In this document: piece after piece, positions 26,147-36,611 of the stretch
Numbering within the stretch: position 1 is the first letter of the stretch
Layout of the letters: each line of letters starts with the position of its first letter
Virus record (IMG/VR): IMGVR_UViG_3300020469_000013
Length of the DNA: 64,000 nt
Source of the DNA: an uncultured virus (IMG/VR IMGVR_UViG_3300020469_000013)
Taxonomy: Duplodnaviria; Heunggongvirae; Uroviricota; Caudoviricetes; Kyanoviridae
Reading direction: 5' to 3' (one strand)
Translations under genes and position numbers: made by a program
Notes under the pieces: model-generated
The model's input: the letters and a program-made list of their open reading frames with translations, nothing else
Told to the model about the DNA's origin: nothing
Databases searched by the model: none

Positions 26147-29100
26147 ATGCCACTTAATAAGCTAGAGAACTTTATAAAGAATACTGAAGGTAAGATTCTC
26201 TATGTTAATCCAAATGACTTGGATGCGACAGACAGTATAACCAATCAGGGTAACTCCCTAACGAAGCCTTTTAGAACTATTCAAAGAGCACTATTAGAAT
26301 CTGCTCGATTTTCATATCAGACTGGATTTGATAACGATATAAACGATAAGACAACTATATTACTATTTCCTGGTGATCATTATATTGATAATAGACCAGG
26401 ATTTGCTATTAAGAAAGATCCTAGTGATCCTACAAGGGCAGTTGGTGTCTCTCCTTTAGGTGCATCTTCTCTTGCTAGTGCTGAATTTGGATTAAATTTA
26501 TCTTCGGAATTTGATCTAACTGTAGAAAATAATATACTTTATAGATTTAACTCAATAAATGGTGGATGTATAGTTCCTCGTGGTACTTCTATTGTTGGTC
26601 TTGACCTAAGAAAGACTAAAGTATTTCCTCTATATGTACCTAACCCTACAGACGATGATGTTCCTACTGCAGCATTATTCAGAATAACTGGTGCTTGTTA
26701 TTTCTGGCAGTTCTCAATGTTTGATGGGAAAGGTGATCGTTTAGTATATACTGATCACCAACAGTTCAATGAAGATAATAGATCATTCCCAATATTTTCT
26801 CATCATAAATTAACATGCTTTGAGTATGCTGATGGTCTTAATGAAGTTAAGGGATATGATAAAACAGACCTTAGCATGTATTATTACAAGTTAAGTTATG
26901 CATATCAAGAACCAACAGGTCGTGCTGTTACATATGAATGGCCAGAGAATGAGGGAGATTTTGATACAGTTAGACCAGAATATGAAATTGTTGGTGCTTT
27001 AGGAAATGACCCAATACAAATTGCGAGTATTATTTCTGGTGATGGTACCACTGCTACATCACAAGTAACAGTAACAACACAACAACCACACGAATTAAGT
27101 GAGGGTACGCCATTAAAAATTAGTGGAGTTAGTGTATCTCAGTATAATATTTCTACTATCGTACAATCTATAATAGATCCTACTACATTTACATATACTT
27201 TATCCACATTCCCTAATAATTTACCTGCTACACCATCTAATATATCAAATGCAGTAGCAACTATCGAAGCTGATACAGTAACAGGTGCATCTCCATATAT
27301 CTTTAATATCTCACTGAGATCAGTCTATGGTATGCAGGGCATGATTACTGATGGTGCAAAGGCAACTGGATTCCGTTCAATGGTTGTTGCTCAGTTCACT
27401 GGTATATCACTACAAAAAGATGACAGAGCATTTGTAAAATACAATAAAGAGTCTAGATTATACGAAGGAATAGCATATACTAAAGTTACTGGTGCTGATT
27501 TGAGTGCTCAATCATCATCAACTAATGCATCAACTGTTTATCACTTAGATAGTGGAGCAGTATATCGTACTGGGTGGGAACAAGCTCATGTTACTATTAA
27601 AAACAATGCTGTTGTACAGATAGTTTCAGTATTTGCTATTGGTTACAATGCTCATTTCTTAGGACAGAGTGGTGCTGACGCATCTATTACTAACTCTAAC
27701 TCTAACTTTGGACAGTTTGCTTTAATTGGTGATGGATTCAGACCTGACGCATTCCCAAGAGACGATCAAGGATATGTTACACATATTACTACACCACAAA
27801 CTGTAGATACATCTGCTGCAAAAATTGATAGTGTCAGTTTCTATCAGTTAGATGTTGATAAGACTCAACAAGTAGGATTATCAAGTCACTTGTACATCTT
27901 CTCCTTTGATAAGGAAGATAATCCACCTTTAAGTTTATCTCAAGGATTTAGAGTTGGTGCTAGACATGATGAAAAATTACATGTTGCTATAGGAGCAACA
28001 GATTATACTGCTAATGTCTTGATGCTTGACAACAAGATAGAGACATCTGGTATTAATACTGCTGCAGTTGGTACTAAATCTGCTGTCAAAACAACTTTGG
28101 CAACTGTCCCTAATACATTATTCCAATTAACTGTTGATGCTATTGGTTTAATCACTGGTGAAAAGATAAGAATCTTTAGTGATGATGGTGATTTACCTGA
28201 AAATATTGAATTCAATAAGATATACTATGCTATTGTAGTATCTCCTACTAACATTAAGGTTGCATCCACATTCTCTAATGCTATTAATGATGTACCCATT
28301 GAAATATATGGTGGTAGCAGTCTCAGGGTTGAGAGTAGAGTATCTGATAAATCTAGTAATGATATTGGACACCCAATACAATGGGATTCTTCTCAAAGTA
28401 GATGGTTTATTCATGTCGATACTGCTAATGCAATCTACCCACAAATTCAAACTAATGCTAATTTAGTTGGTATTGATGGTACAAACATAGCACAGGTTAA
28501 AAGATTTGAGGATAAGAGATCTATTGAGGACAAACTTTACAAGATCCGTTATGTTATACCAAAAGAAGCAACTAATTCAAGAGATCCTGTTGAGGGATTC
28601 ATATTCCAAAGTTCTTCTCTAGTAGGATATGCAAAAACTTCTGATGCTTCTGCTACTACTATAACTCTTAATGATACTAATTTTGCAAGAAATCCAGGTT
28701 TCATTGCATTTGCTAGTGAGTCGTCTAGTATAGTAACTATTAGAACCGAGCAACCTCACAATGTAGAAGTTGGTGATATTGTTAAAGTTGTAGATGTTAA
28801 AGATTCTAATAATACTAGTGGTACTGATGGTCTAGGATATAATGGATCGTTCGCAGTAACTGCTCTTATTGATTCTTATCAGTTTGCACATAGCACCACT
28901 GATATTAATGGCGTTGAAAGAAATACTGGTACATTTGTAGATACTACTAATAGTAGAAATCTATTCCAACCAAGATTCTCTATCAATGACAATAATAAGA
29001 ACTTTACTGTCTATCGTGTCAATACTATAGAACCTTATGTTTCTGGTGCAAATGATGGTGTATACATCTTAGATTTACTAAGTTGTGACTATGCACCACC

Positions 29101-31393
29101 TCAAGAATTTAATAACAAAACTTACAGACAAAATGTTACTTATCTGTATCCACAGCAGGATAGAGATAATATTGTAGAGAATGCTCCTGCTGCTTTATCA
29201 TTTGCTCGTAGAGAACCAATAGGAAAGGTTGATATCAATGATCAACTTAATTCTATAACAAGAGAAACACTTGATAAGTTCAACAAGACATTTAATATTG
29301 GTTATGGTATTTCAGCAGTTAGCGATGTATCTGCTGGTGTATGTACTATTACATTTGATAATCAGCATGACTTCAATGGACTCAAGATTCATGAGAATCT
29401 CGTAAGTGGTGTTGGATATGCTGTAACTACAGAGTATAACACTAGATTACTTAGTGGTGGTAACTGGAATGGTGCAACTGCAACTGTTACAGTTGGTCTT
29501 GGATCTACTACTATCACTGGATTTGAGGTGTTTGCACCTGGTTCAGGATTCCAAGGTGGTGAGACATTAACTGTTGAAGGATTCGCCAATGCTCAGATTG
29601 GTGTTCCTACATCTGGTATCTCAAATGCTATTGGTGATGTTGTTTCTGTTACTGGAATAGGAACTACATCTGATGGATTGTACAGGATAACATCTGTACC
29701 TAATAAAAATAGTGTTGCTATTGCTGTAACTGCTGGTGATCCTCTGATTGTTCATGGACAGTATTTGTATAGAAATAGTCCTGCTGTTTCGATAGCTTCT
29801 ACTCATTTTGATATTACTACTGGTATTACAACCATAACTACATCCACACCTCATGGATTGAGAAAGGGATCTAAGTTTAGAGTTGTAGACACCAACAGCA
29901 ATAATATAGGTGAGTTTACTATAGACACTATTGCTGGAGTTACTACATTTACTACAACCACTGTTAATGATATTAATTATGCTGCTGGACATAAAGTATA
30001 TCAGCAGACATATGCTGCAAATAATCAGTCAGTATCTATTGAAGAAACTATTGGTTCAAGATATCAAAACTTATATGCTGGTGAGACTGCAACATTAAAA
30101 GAAGAGATTACTAACTTATCTACTTCTATTAGGTTACAAGTTCCTAATTCAGGTATTGGTACTGATCTAAGATTTAGATTAGGTGATTATCTTGAAATAG
30201 ACAAGGAGATTGTAAGAGTTGTACAGCAAGGAACAGTAGGTGCTGGTGGCGATGCTCTCAATGTTATTAGAGGTGTACTTGGTACATTACCAGCAGCTCA
30301 TGTCAATAATTCATTGATTAGAAAAGTAGATGCTTTAGCTCTAGAGTTACGAAGACCATCTATACTTCGTGCGTCAGGTCACACATTTGAATATCTTGGT
30401 TATGGTCCAGGTAACTACTCAACTGGTTTACCTCAGGTACAAAACAGAACTCTATCAGACGATGAAGAGTATCTATCACAGGCACAAGAAAGATCTGCTG
30501 GTGTTGTAGTTTACACTGGTTTGAATAACAGGGGTGATTTCTATATTGGTAATAAGAGAATTAACTCTTCTACTGGTAAAGAAACATCATTCAATATTCC
30601 TATTCCTAGTGTTACTGGTGAAGCAGTATCCAGTAACTCTGTGGTATTTGATGAAGTTATCGTCAGACAGAGAATTATTGTTGAGGGTGGTCCTCAGCAG
30701 AATATACTATCTCAGTTTGATGGTCCTGTAGCATTCTCTAATGATGTTAGTTTCACTGATGATATGGTCACAAGTGGCACTGTAGAATTAGGTGGAAGCA
30801 TTGAAATTACTGGTACATTCCCAACTGGTGCTAAATTAAATTGCGTCAAAGTTGGTGTTGGTACTAATAAATCTGAAATTACTACCGATCCTGCATGTGG
30901 ATCTGATCTTGTACTAAATGCTGCACCAGGTTTTGCTGTTGCGATTGCTACTGATACAAGATATACTGCTGATGTAGTATTTGATAATCAAGTCAACATG
31001 AATGGATTTACATCATTCTCACAAAATGTATATTCTTCTGCTGGATTCGTAACATTCTGTGGAGGACCTTTGCATGTATGTGATGATATTGTTGCATTCT
31101 ATGGTCAATCATCTGATGCTACATTAAAAGATAATATTTCTACCTTAGATAACCCACTTGCTAAGGTAATGAAAATTCGTGGTACTGAATTTGATTGGAA
31201 GGATGGTAATCCTAATTACAAAGGACATGACATTGGAGTTATTGCTCAAGATGTTGAGTCTGTACTTCCTGATGCAGTATCTACAAAACCAGATGGAACT
31301 AAAGGCGTTCACTACAACAAATTAATTCCTCTACTCATTGAAGCAGTCAAGGATCTCTCCAAACAGGTAGATGATCTGAGCTCAGATAAATAA
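26147..31393 (+). CDS. Tail fibre protein with C-terminal peptidase S74-type intramolecular chaperone
   Basis: MPLNKLENF..ILYVNP.D.DATD...PF.TIQRAL N-terminus; SSDATLKDNI...IGVIAQDVE.VLP.AV....V.Y.KL.PLLIEAVK.L C-terminus. Confidence 0.85.
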   Translation: MPLNKLENFIKNTEGKILYVNPNDLDATDSITNQGNSLTKPFRTIQRALLESARFSYQTGFDNDINDKTTILLFPGDHYIDNRPGFAIKKDPSDPTRAVGVSPLGASSLASAEFGLNLSSEFDLTVENNILYRFNSINGGCIVPRGTSIVGLDLRKTKVFPLYVPNPTDDDVPTAALFRITGACYFWQFSMFDGKGDRLVYTDHQQFNEDNRSFPIFSHHKLTCFEYADGLNEVKGYDKTDLSMYYYKLSYAYQEPTGRAVTYEWPENEGDFDTVRPEYEIVGALGNDPIQIASIISGDGTTATSQVTVTTQQPHELSEGTPLKISGVSVSQYNISTIVQSIIDPTTFTYTLSTFPNNLPATPSNISNAVATIEADTVTGASPYIFNISLRSVYGMQGMITDGAKATGFRSMVVAQFTGISLQKDDRAFVKYNKESRLYEGIAYTKVTGADLSAQSSSTNASTVYHLDSGAVYRTGWEQAHVTIKNNAVVQIVSVFAIGYNAHFLGQSGADASITNSNSNFGQFALIGDGFRPDAFPRDDQGYVTHITTPQTVDTSAAKIDSVSFYQLDVDKTQQVGLSSHLYIFSFDKEDNPPLSLSQGFRVGARHDEKLHVAIGATDYTANVLMLDNKIETSGINTAAVGTKSAVKTTLATVPNTLFQLTVDAIGLITGEKIRIFSDDGDLPENIEFNKIYYAIVVSPTNIKVASTFSNAINDVPIEIYGGSSLRVESRVSDKSSNDIGHPIQWDSSQSRWFIHVDTANAIYPQIQTNANLVGIDGTNIAQVKRFEDKRSIEDKLYKIRYVIPKEATNSRDPVEGFIFQSSSLVGYAKTSDASATTITLNDTNFARNPGFIAFASESSSIVTIRTEQPHNVEVGDIVKVVDVKDSNNTSGTDGLGYNGSFAVTALIDSYQFAHSTTDINGVERNTGTFVDTTNSRNLFQPRFSINDNNKNFTVYRVNTIEPYVSGANDGVYILDLLSCDYAPPQEFNNKTYRQNVTYLYPQQDRDNIVENAPAALSFARREPIGKVDINDQLNSITRETLDKFNKTFNIGYGISAVSDVSAGVCTITFDNQHDFNGLKIHENLVSGVGYAVTTEYNTRLLSGGNWNGATATVTVGLGSTTITGFEVFAPGSGFQGGETLTVEGFANAQIGVPTSGISNAIGDVVSVTGIGTTSDGLYRITSVPNKNSVAIAVTAGDPLIVHGQYLYRNSPAVSIASTHFDITTGITTITTSTPHGLRKGSKFRVVDTNSNNIGEFTIDTIAGVTTFTTTTVNDINYAAGHKVYQQTYAANNQSVSIEETIGSRYQNLYAGETATLKEEITNLSTSIRLQVPNSGIGTDLRFRLGDYLEIDKEIVRVVQQGTVGAGGDALNVIRGVLGTLPAAHVNNSLIRKVDALALELRRPSILRASGHTFEYLGYGPGNYSTGLPQVQNRTLSDDEEYLSQAQERSAGVVVYTGLNNRGDFYIGNKRINSSTGKETSFNIPIPSVTGEAVSSNSVVFDEVIVRQRIIVEGGPQQNILSQFDGPVAFSNDVSFTDDMVTSGTVELGGSIEITGTFPTGAKLNCVKVGVGTNKSEITTDPACGSDLVLNAAPGFAVAIATDTRYTADVVFDNQVNMNGFTSFSQNVYSSAGFVTFCGGPLHVCDDIVAFYGQSSDATLKDNISTLDNPLAKVMKIRGTEFDWKDGNPNYKGHDIGVIAQDVESVLPDAVSTKPDGTKGVHYNKLIPLLIEAVKDLSKQVDDLSSDK

Positions 31394-31419
31394 TAAAAAG
31401 GTCTCCTTAGCATAAGATA

Positions 31420-34227
31420 ATGCCTACCAATTATAAGACTATCATTAATTTTAGAGATGGTATTCAGGTTGATGCCAATGATCTAGTCTCTAACAATGGA
31501 CTGGTAGGTATCGGAACTACCATTCCAAGAGAGGAACTCGATGTTCGAGGATCGATCATTGTCGAGAATCAGGCGAATTTAAGAGATATAAATGTTGTTG
31601 GACAATCTACATTTTACGGTAATATTAATGTTGCTGTTGGAAATTCGGTAGGTATAGGAACTACAATTCCTGAAGCAACATTCCAAGTTGGCGTAGGGAC
31701 TACAGGAGTTACTGTTGATGCTAATACTGGTAAGGTAACTGCGGTATTATTCAGTGGTTCAGGTGCTGATCTAACAGATCTTCCTACTGCAGTATGGACT
31801 AATCCTTATCCTGGTGCTGGTAGTACTATCAATGCTTTTAGACCTGTTGGTATATCTGTAACACTACCTCAGGCAGATTTTGCTGTTGGTGATATTATAA
31901 AACTTGATGCTATTAGTGGTATAGGTACATTTGAAGAGGTATCTCTTAAAAAGTTAAATCTAATAGGTAACGCCCAACAGGGTAATATTGAAATGGTTGG
32001 ATCCATTAGTGGTATTCAATCAATCACAGGTGGTACAGGTAATTTTGAGACTGCTGGTGTCGGTTCATTTGGAGCATTGGATATTGCTTCTGGTGTTGTA
32101 ACTGGAACATCTGGTGGTTTAACATTTAAAGGAGATAGTAAGACTATTGACTTTAATCAAGATTTTGTAAATGCAGATAAGAGAGTTGGTGTAAGATTTA
32201 TTGAGACTTCTACAGGTTCATCTATTGATGACACTGCAGTTGCTCAGATATTATATAACGGTGGTGTTACTGGAACTGGTGGTACTGAGAGTGGACAGGT
32301 AGAATTTTGGGGAGACAATGGAACTGATAATGTTCCTAGAGTAATAATAACAAGAGAGGCAAATGTTGGTATAGGTACATCAAGATCAAGAGGATTCAAT
32401 CTTGATGTAGTTGGAACTGGTACAGTCACAGGTTCAATGGGTGCTGCTGGTGGATTCTATGGTAACTTAGTTGGTGACATTGATGGAGTTGCTACAGTAG
32501 CAGCAGGATTAACCAACAGTCCAGACATTACAGTAGATGATATAGATTCTTTAGGTATTAATAGTATATTCATTAGAAATACTGGTGTATCTACATTTGG
32601 TGGAGAGGTCTCGGTAGGTAACTTCTTAGGTGTAGGTGCCACATCTTCTGCTCTAGGCAGGGGTATGGGTGTTATTGGTGGTGCTGATTTCTCAGGTGGT
32701 GGTTCATTTGGTGGTGACTTATCAGTTGAAGGTAACTTATCAATTGGTGGTACATTTGGCGGATCTGTAAATATTACAGATGTGACTGCTGCAGAAATTA
32801 TTGCGACTGGTATTATTTCAGGAACTACATCATCTAGTGCCACATTACATGATACAACTATAACAGGAAATCTAGTACAGTCGGCAGGTAAAAATCTATC
32901 AGTTGGACAAAATCTTTCTATTGGTGGAACAACTACATTTGGATCACAAATAAACTTTGGTGACGCAACAACACAAGTATCTGCTGCAGGTACACTCTTT
33001 GCTAACTTGAGTGGTATTATTACAACTGGTGCAATTACTGTTGGGGATCTTGATGTTGGTGGTAATTTCAATTACACTGGTGGAAGCATAGCAACATTTG
33101 GTTCGATATTATTAAATGGTGTTAGTGGATTTGTATCATGTAAATCTCTGGATGCAGGTACAGGTATTATAAGTTGCACAGGATTAAATGCTAGAACTGG
33201 AGAAATTACTGGTGGTGGATTAAATCTTACAGGTCCTACTACATCAAATAACTACTTCCAATCAACTGCTGGTGTATCTACATTCTTTGATATTGATATA
33301 ACTGGTGGTAATAATAGTAATCTTAAATTAACTAGACTAGGATTTAATACTTCTCTATCTACTTTAGGTATTACTGAGGGTATAGCGTTATGGGATAATG
33401 CTGAAATCTTTGTTGATGACTCACCTGGTGGTGGTATTGGTATTGGTACTACTGCAGGTAAGAGAGATAGTAGTGTTGCTCTATATGTTGGATATGGAAG
33501 AGATGCTTCAGGTAACTTTATCAATGGTGAGACAGTATTTGAAGGTGGTGTCGGTATCGGTACAATGGTGGGAAATAATGATGGTAATATGTTGGAAGTA
33601 TATAAAGAAACCGTATTCCATTCATATCATACAGGTATAGGTGGTACTGATGCTGGTCCTGCTCGTGTTGGATTTGAAACTAATAAACCACGCACAACTC
33701 TTGACTTAGGATTTGTTACTAGTGGATTCTTAAGAATACCAAGTTACTTTAATGATGATCCTAACAATACAGTTCCAAATGGATCAGTTCAGGGTACTGG
33801 TTGTTTATTCTTTGATACTGCAAGTAATACAGTTGCTGTTAAAAATAGTAATGATAATTGGGTTGGTCTTTCAACTGTATTAAATACAGGTGACGATCCT
33901 GCTCAATATGTGCAGGAACTTGGTTTCATAGGTGGTGTTACTACTCAGGCAGAGAGATTAACTGCTGAACAAGGAGTTGCAAACATCATTCAACCTTATG
34001 ATGAGGTAGGAGCTCAAGGAATTGGATGGGGTACTGCACATATGTGGTACAATAAGACTTTCAATAAACATCAGTACAAAACCAATCAAGGTATTGGAGT
34101 TGCTACTCACTATAGATCATATGTTTCTACAGGAACATCCGCTATAGATATCGAACTAGATAGTAGTGGTACTAAAGTTTATATCACATTACCTGGTATA
34201 GGATCTGCTACATTGAACTTAGTTTGA
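31420..34227 (+). CDS. Tail fibre-like protein
   Basis: Recurrent VGIGTT motifs, Gly/Thr-rich beta repeats, NFRDGIQVD N-terminus. Confidence 0.8.
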   Translation: MPTNYKTIINFRDGIQVDANDLVSNNGLVGIGTTIPREELDVRGSIIVENQANLRDINVVGQSTFYGNINVAVGNSVGIGTTIPEATFQVGVGTTGVTVDANTGKVTAVLFSGSGADLTDLPTAVWTNPYPGAGSTINAFRPVGISVTLPQADFAVGDIIKLDAISGIGTFEEVSLKKLNLIGNAQQGNIEMVGSISGIQSITGGTGNFETAGVGSFGALDIASGVVTGTSGGLTFKGDSKTIDFNQDFVNADKRVGVRFIETSTGSSIDDTAVAQILYNGGVTGTGGTESGQVEFWGDNGTDNVPRVIITREANVGIGTSRSRGFNLDVVGTGTVTGSMGAAGGFYGNLVGDIDGVATVAAGLTNSPDITVDDIDSLGINSIFIRNTGVSTFGGEVSVGNFLGVGATSSALGRGMGVIGGADFSGGGSFGGDLSVEGNLSIGGTFGGSVNITDVTAAEIIATGIISGTTSSSATLHDTTITGNLVQSAGKNLSVGQNLSIGGTTTFGSQINFGDATTQVSAAGTLFANLSGIITTGAITVGDLDVGGNFNYTGGSIATFGSILLNGVSGFVSCKSLDAGTGIISCTGLNARTGEITGGGLNLTGPTTSNNYFQSTAGVSTFFDIDITGGNNSNLKLTRLGFNTSLSTLGITEGIALWDNAEIFVDDSPGGGIGIGTTAGKRDSSVALYVGYGRDASGNFINGETVFEGGVGIGTMVGNNDGNMLEVYKETVFHSYHTGIGGTDAGPARVGFETNKPRTTLDLGFVTSGFLRIPSYFNDDPNNTVPNGSVQGTGCLFFDTASNTVAVKNSNDNWVGLSTVLNTGDDPAQYVQELGFIGGVTTQAERLTAEQGVANIIQPYDEVGAQGIGWGTAHMWYNKTFNKHQYKTNQGIGVATHYRSYVSTGTSAIDIELDSSGTKVYITLPGIGSATLNLV

Positions 34228-34236
34228 GGAAATTAA

Positions 34237-35940
34237 ATGGCAGCAAATAATTGGAGTAAAACAACTCAACAACTACTTACTGGTACACCTGGCACACAAA
34301 TTTCATTTGGTGAGATTCGTGCTGCTATAGGTGATACTAGCAAATCTATTTCTGCCTCAGAATTACACAGACAAACAGACCTTGATGCACCATATGATTT
34401 TAGTCAAGGTAAATATCCATCATCAAGCAATTCGCATCTACCATATGTTTTAGATTCTACTGAGAATGTTGGTGTACCTACCAGTGGTGCAATTACACCG
34501 CAGGATGTTAGAGGAGTCATTAAAGAATATGTAATTGAACAAGATGCACTGACAGAGGAATATAATTTTAATGCTACTACTTTGAGTAGTCCTACAACCC
34601 CCAGTGTAAATGCTGATTGGAACTCAAACTTAAATAAAAATATAACAAAGTATCTTAAGATTAAGGGTAGACTTGTAAGCAATAGTGTATCATCCCCTGC
34701 TGCTGTTGCAGATCAACCATCATCTAATTTAACATTATTTGTTAACAATGCACCTGCATCTTATGGTGTATATGGTGCTGGTGGTGCTATCAATCAACCT
34801 GGTGGACATGCTTTTAATATTAATCAACCAGCAGGTCCAGCAATAAGAAAAGTATTTGTAGAGTGTGAAGGATCAGACGCTAGAATATATGGTGGTGGTG
34901 GAGGTGGAAAAGACGGTGTTGATGGTCAAGATGGTTCAGATGGTAGTGGAGCGACTTCTGGTTCACCTGGTTCACCTGGTAGTAGCGGTTCTAGTGGTAG
35001 TAGTGGTGGCGATGGTAGTTCAGGAGGTGATGGTGGTTCAGGATCTGATGGTTCATCAGGTTCATCAGGTTCACCTGGTATGCAAAGAACCACATTCCAA
35101 CAGAGAGCTACAGTACAAAATAGAACAACTAATCAAAATAGGAGTTCTCGTCGTAGGAGATTTGGTGGGTGGCCTCGTAGTCGTCGTGGACAAATTCAAG
35201 GTAGGACATCATCTCAAGCAACAAGTAGTGGACAAGCAAGGACAACATCACAGTATAAAGTAGCATGTTTCGGAGGATCTGGAGGATCTGCAGGATCTGG
35301 CGGTTCAGGAGGATCTGGCGGTGGTGGTGGACAAGGTGGTTCAGGAGGATCTGGTGGTGGAGGAGGTTCAGGAGGATCTGGTGGACCTGGCGGTTATTCG
35401 GGGCAAGGTGGTGTTCATGGTATAGGTGGTATTGCTGCACCTGGTCGTGGTTGGAATTATAAAACTGGAAATATTGCAGGAAGTGCTGGAACACCTGGTA
35501 CACCTGGAACACCTGGTGGAGGTGGAGGTGCTGGAACACCTGGTACACCTGGTGGAAGTGGACAACCTGGTTCATCTGGTACACCTGGCGGTGGCGGTGG
35601 TTCGGGAGGTAGTGGAACACCTGGTACACCTGGCGGTTCAGCAAGTTGTAGTGCAGCATCACCTGGTACACCTGGCACACCTGGCACACCTGGTAGTGGT
35701 GGATCAAGTGGCACACCAGGCGGTGATGGTCAACCTGGAGGTAGTGGAACACCTGGCACACCTGGCACACCAGGAAATGCTGGAACACCTGGTCAACCTG
35801 GTGGTCCTGGTCAACCTGGTGGTCCTGGTGGTGACTGGGGTGAAGCAGGTGGGTCACAGGGTGGTAACGCAGGTCGTGCAGTCAATGGTAGTAAGTATGA
35901 AGTTAAACCGAATAATGGAGATATCAAGATCATCTACTAA
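34237..35940 (+). CDS. Glycine-rich gp38-like adhesin / Gly-X-Y repeat fibre protein
   Basis: YGAGGA..GGHAF, IYGGGGGG, GGDWGEAG..GGNAGRAV as in T-even gp38 adhesins; long G-X-X tracts. Confidence 0.6.
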   Translation: MAANNWSKTTQQLLTGTPGTQISFGEIRAAIGDTSKSISASELHRQTDLDAPYDFSQGKYPSSSNSHLPYVLDSTENVGVPTSGAITPQDVRGVIKEYVIEQDALTEEYNFNATTLSSPTTPSVNADWNSNLNKNITKYLKIKGRLVSNSVSSPAAVADQPSSNLTLFVNNAPASYGVYGAGGAINQPGGHAFNINQPAGPAIRKVFVECEGSDARIYGGGGGGKDGVDGQDGSDGSGATSGSPGSPGSSGSSGSSGGDGSSGGDGGSGSDGSSGSSGSPGMQRTTFQQRATVQNRTTNQNRSSRRRRFGGWPRSRRGQIQGRTSSQATSSGQARTTSQYKVACFGGSGGSAGSGGSGGSGGGGGQGGSGGSGGGGGSGGSGGPGGYSGQGGVHGIGGIAAPGRGWNYKTGNIAGSAGTPGTPGTPGGGGGAGTPGTPGGSGQPGSSGTPGGGGGSGGSGTPGTPGGSASCSAASPGTPGTPGTPGSGGSSGTPGGDGQPGGSGTPGTPGTPGNAGTPGQPGGPGQPGGPGGDWGEAGGSQGGNAGRAVNGSKYEVKPNNGDIKIIY

Positions 35941-35948
35941 TTTTTATT

Positions 35949-36548
35949 ATGTCAATTTATCCTTTGAGTCCTTGCCCTAATTTTCAGGGTGAGACATCAT
36001 ATCAAACATGGGAAGATGGATTCACCTTAAATGAGTGTCATCGCATTATTAATCATGGTGAGTCCCTTAATCCAAGACCTGCTACAGTTGGTAATGATAG
36101 TGATACCAGTGTAGTTGATAGTATTCGTACATCTAAGACTGCATGGATAGAATGCAATAAAGATACAAAATGGTTATATGAGCGTTTAGGTAATATATTA
36201 AGAGTAACTAATGGTATGTTCTGGAAGTTTGATATCCGTGGATTTCATGAACATATACAATACACAGTATATGAAGGAGACGATAAAGGATTTTATAGAT
36301 GGCATGTAGATAATAATATGCAGTCAGATGTACCACCAAGAAAATTGAGCATGACAGTTCAGTTGAGTGACCCTAGTGAGTATACTGGTGGTGAATTGCA
36401 GTTACATGATGGTGAAGTACAGACAGCAGTAAATAGTAGAGGGCATGTTATAATATTTCCCAGTTATGTATTACATAGGGTTCAACCTGTTACTTCTGGT
36501 ATTCGTAGAAGTTTGGTAGTCTGGGCAAATGGTCCTGGATTCAAGTGA
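35949..36548 (+). CDS. 2OG-Fe(II) oxygenase (prolyl-4-hydroxylase/PKHD type)
   Basis: IRTS..W, YRWHVD, RKLSMTVQLSDP..Y.GGEL, FPSYVLHRV.PV.SG.R.SLV.W. Confidence 0.9.
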   Translation: MSIYPLSPCPNFQGETSYQTWEDGFTLNECHRIINHGESLNPRPATVGNDSDTSVVDSIRTSKTAWIECNKDTKWLYERLGNILRVTNGMFWKFDIRGFHEHIQYTVYEGDDKGFYRWHVDNNMQSDVPPRKLSMTVQLSDPSEYTGGELQLHDGEVQTAVNSRGHVIIFPSYVLHRVQPVTSGIRRSLVVWANGPGFK

Positions 36549-36605
36549 TAGTCAGTCATTTAAGTGTCCACTCAACCCCCATTATGAGGTAAAATCGTGT
36601 ATAAT
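36548..36605 (+). promoter_or_regulatory. Early-type promoter, quasi-palindrome copy 1 of 9
   Basis: AAGTGTCCAC (36562-36571), 28 nt, TATAAT (36600-36605). Confidence 0.6.
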
Positions 36606-36611
36606 ATAGGT

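Noticed and set aside
26147..35940. Diversity-generating retroelement acting on tail fibres
   Set aside because: No reverse transcriptase and no template/variable repeat pair noticed in the window
34865..35980. His/Val/Leu/Gln-rich ORFs in alternative frames and on the reverse strand, including a PGV collagen-like ORF
   Set aside because: Shadow frames of the Gly-X-X repeat coding sequence
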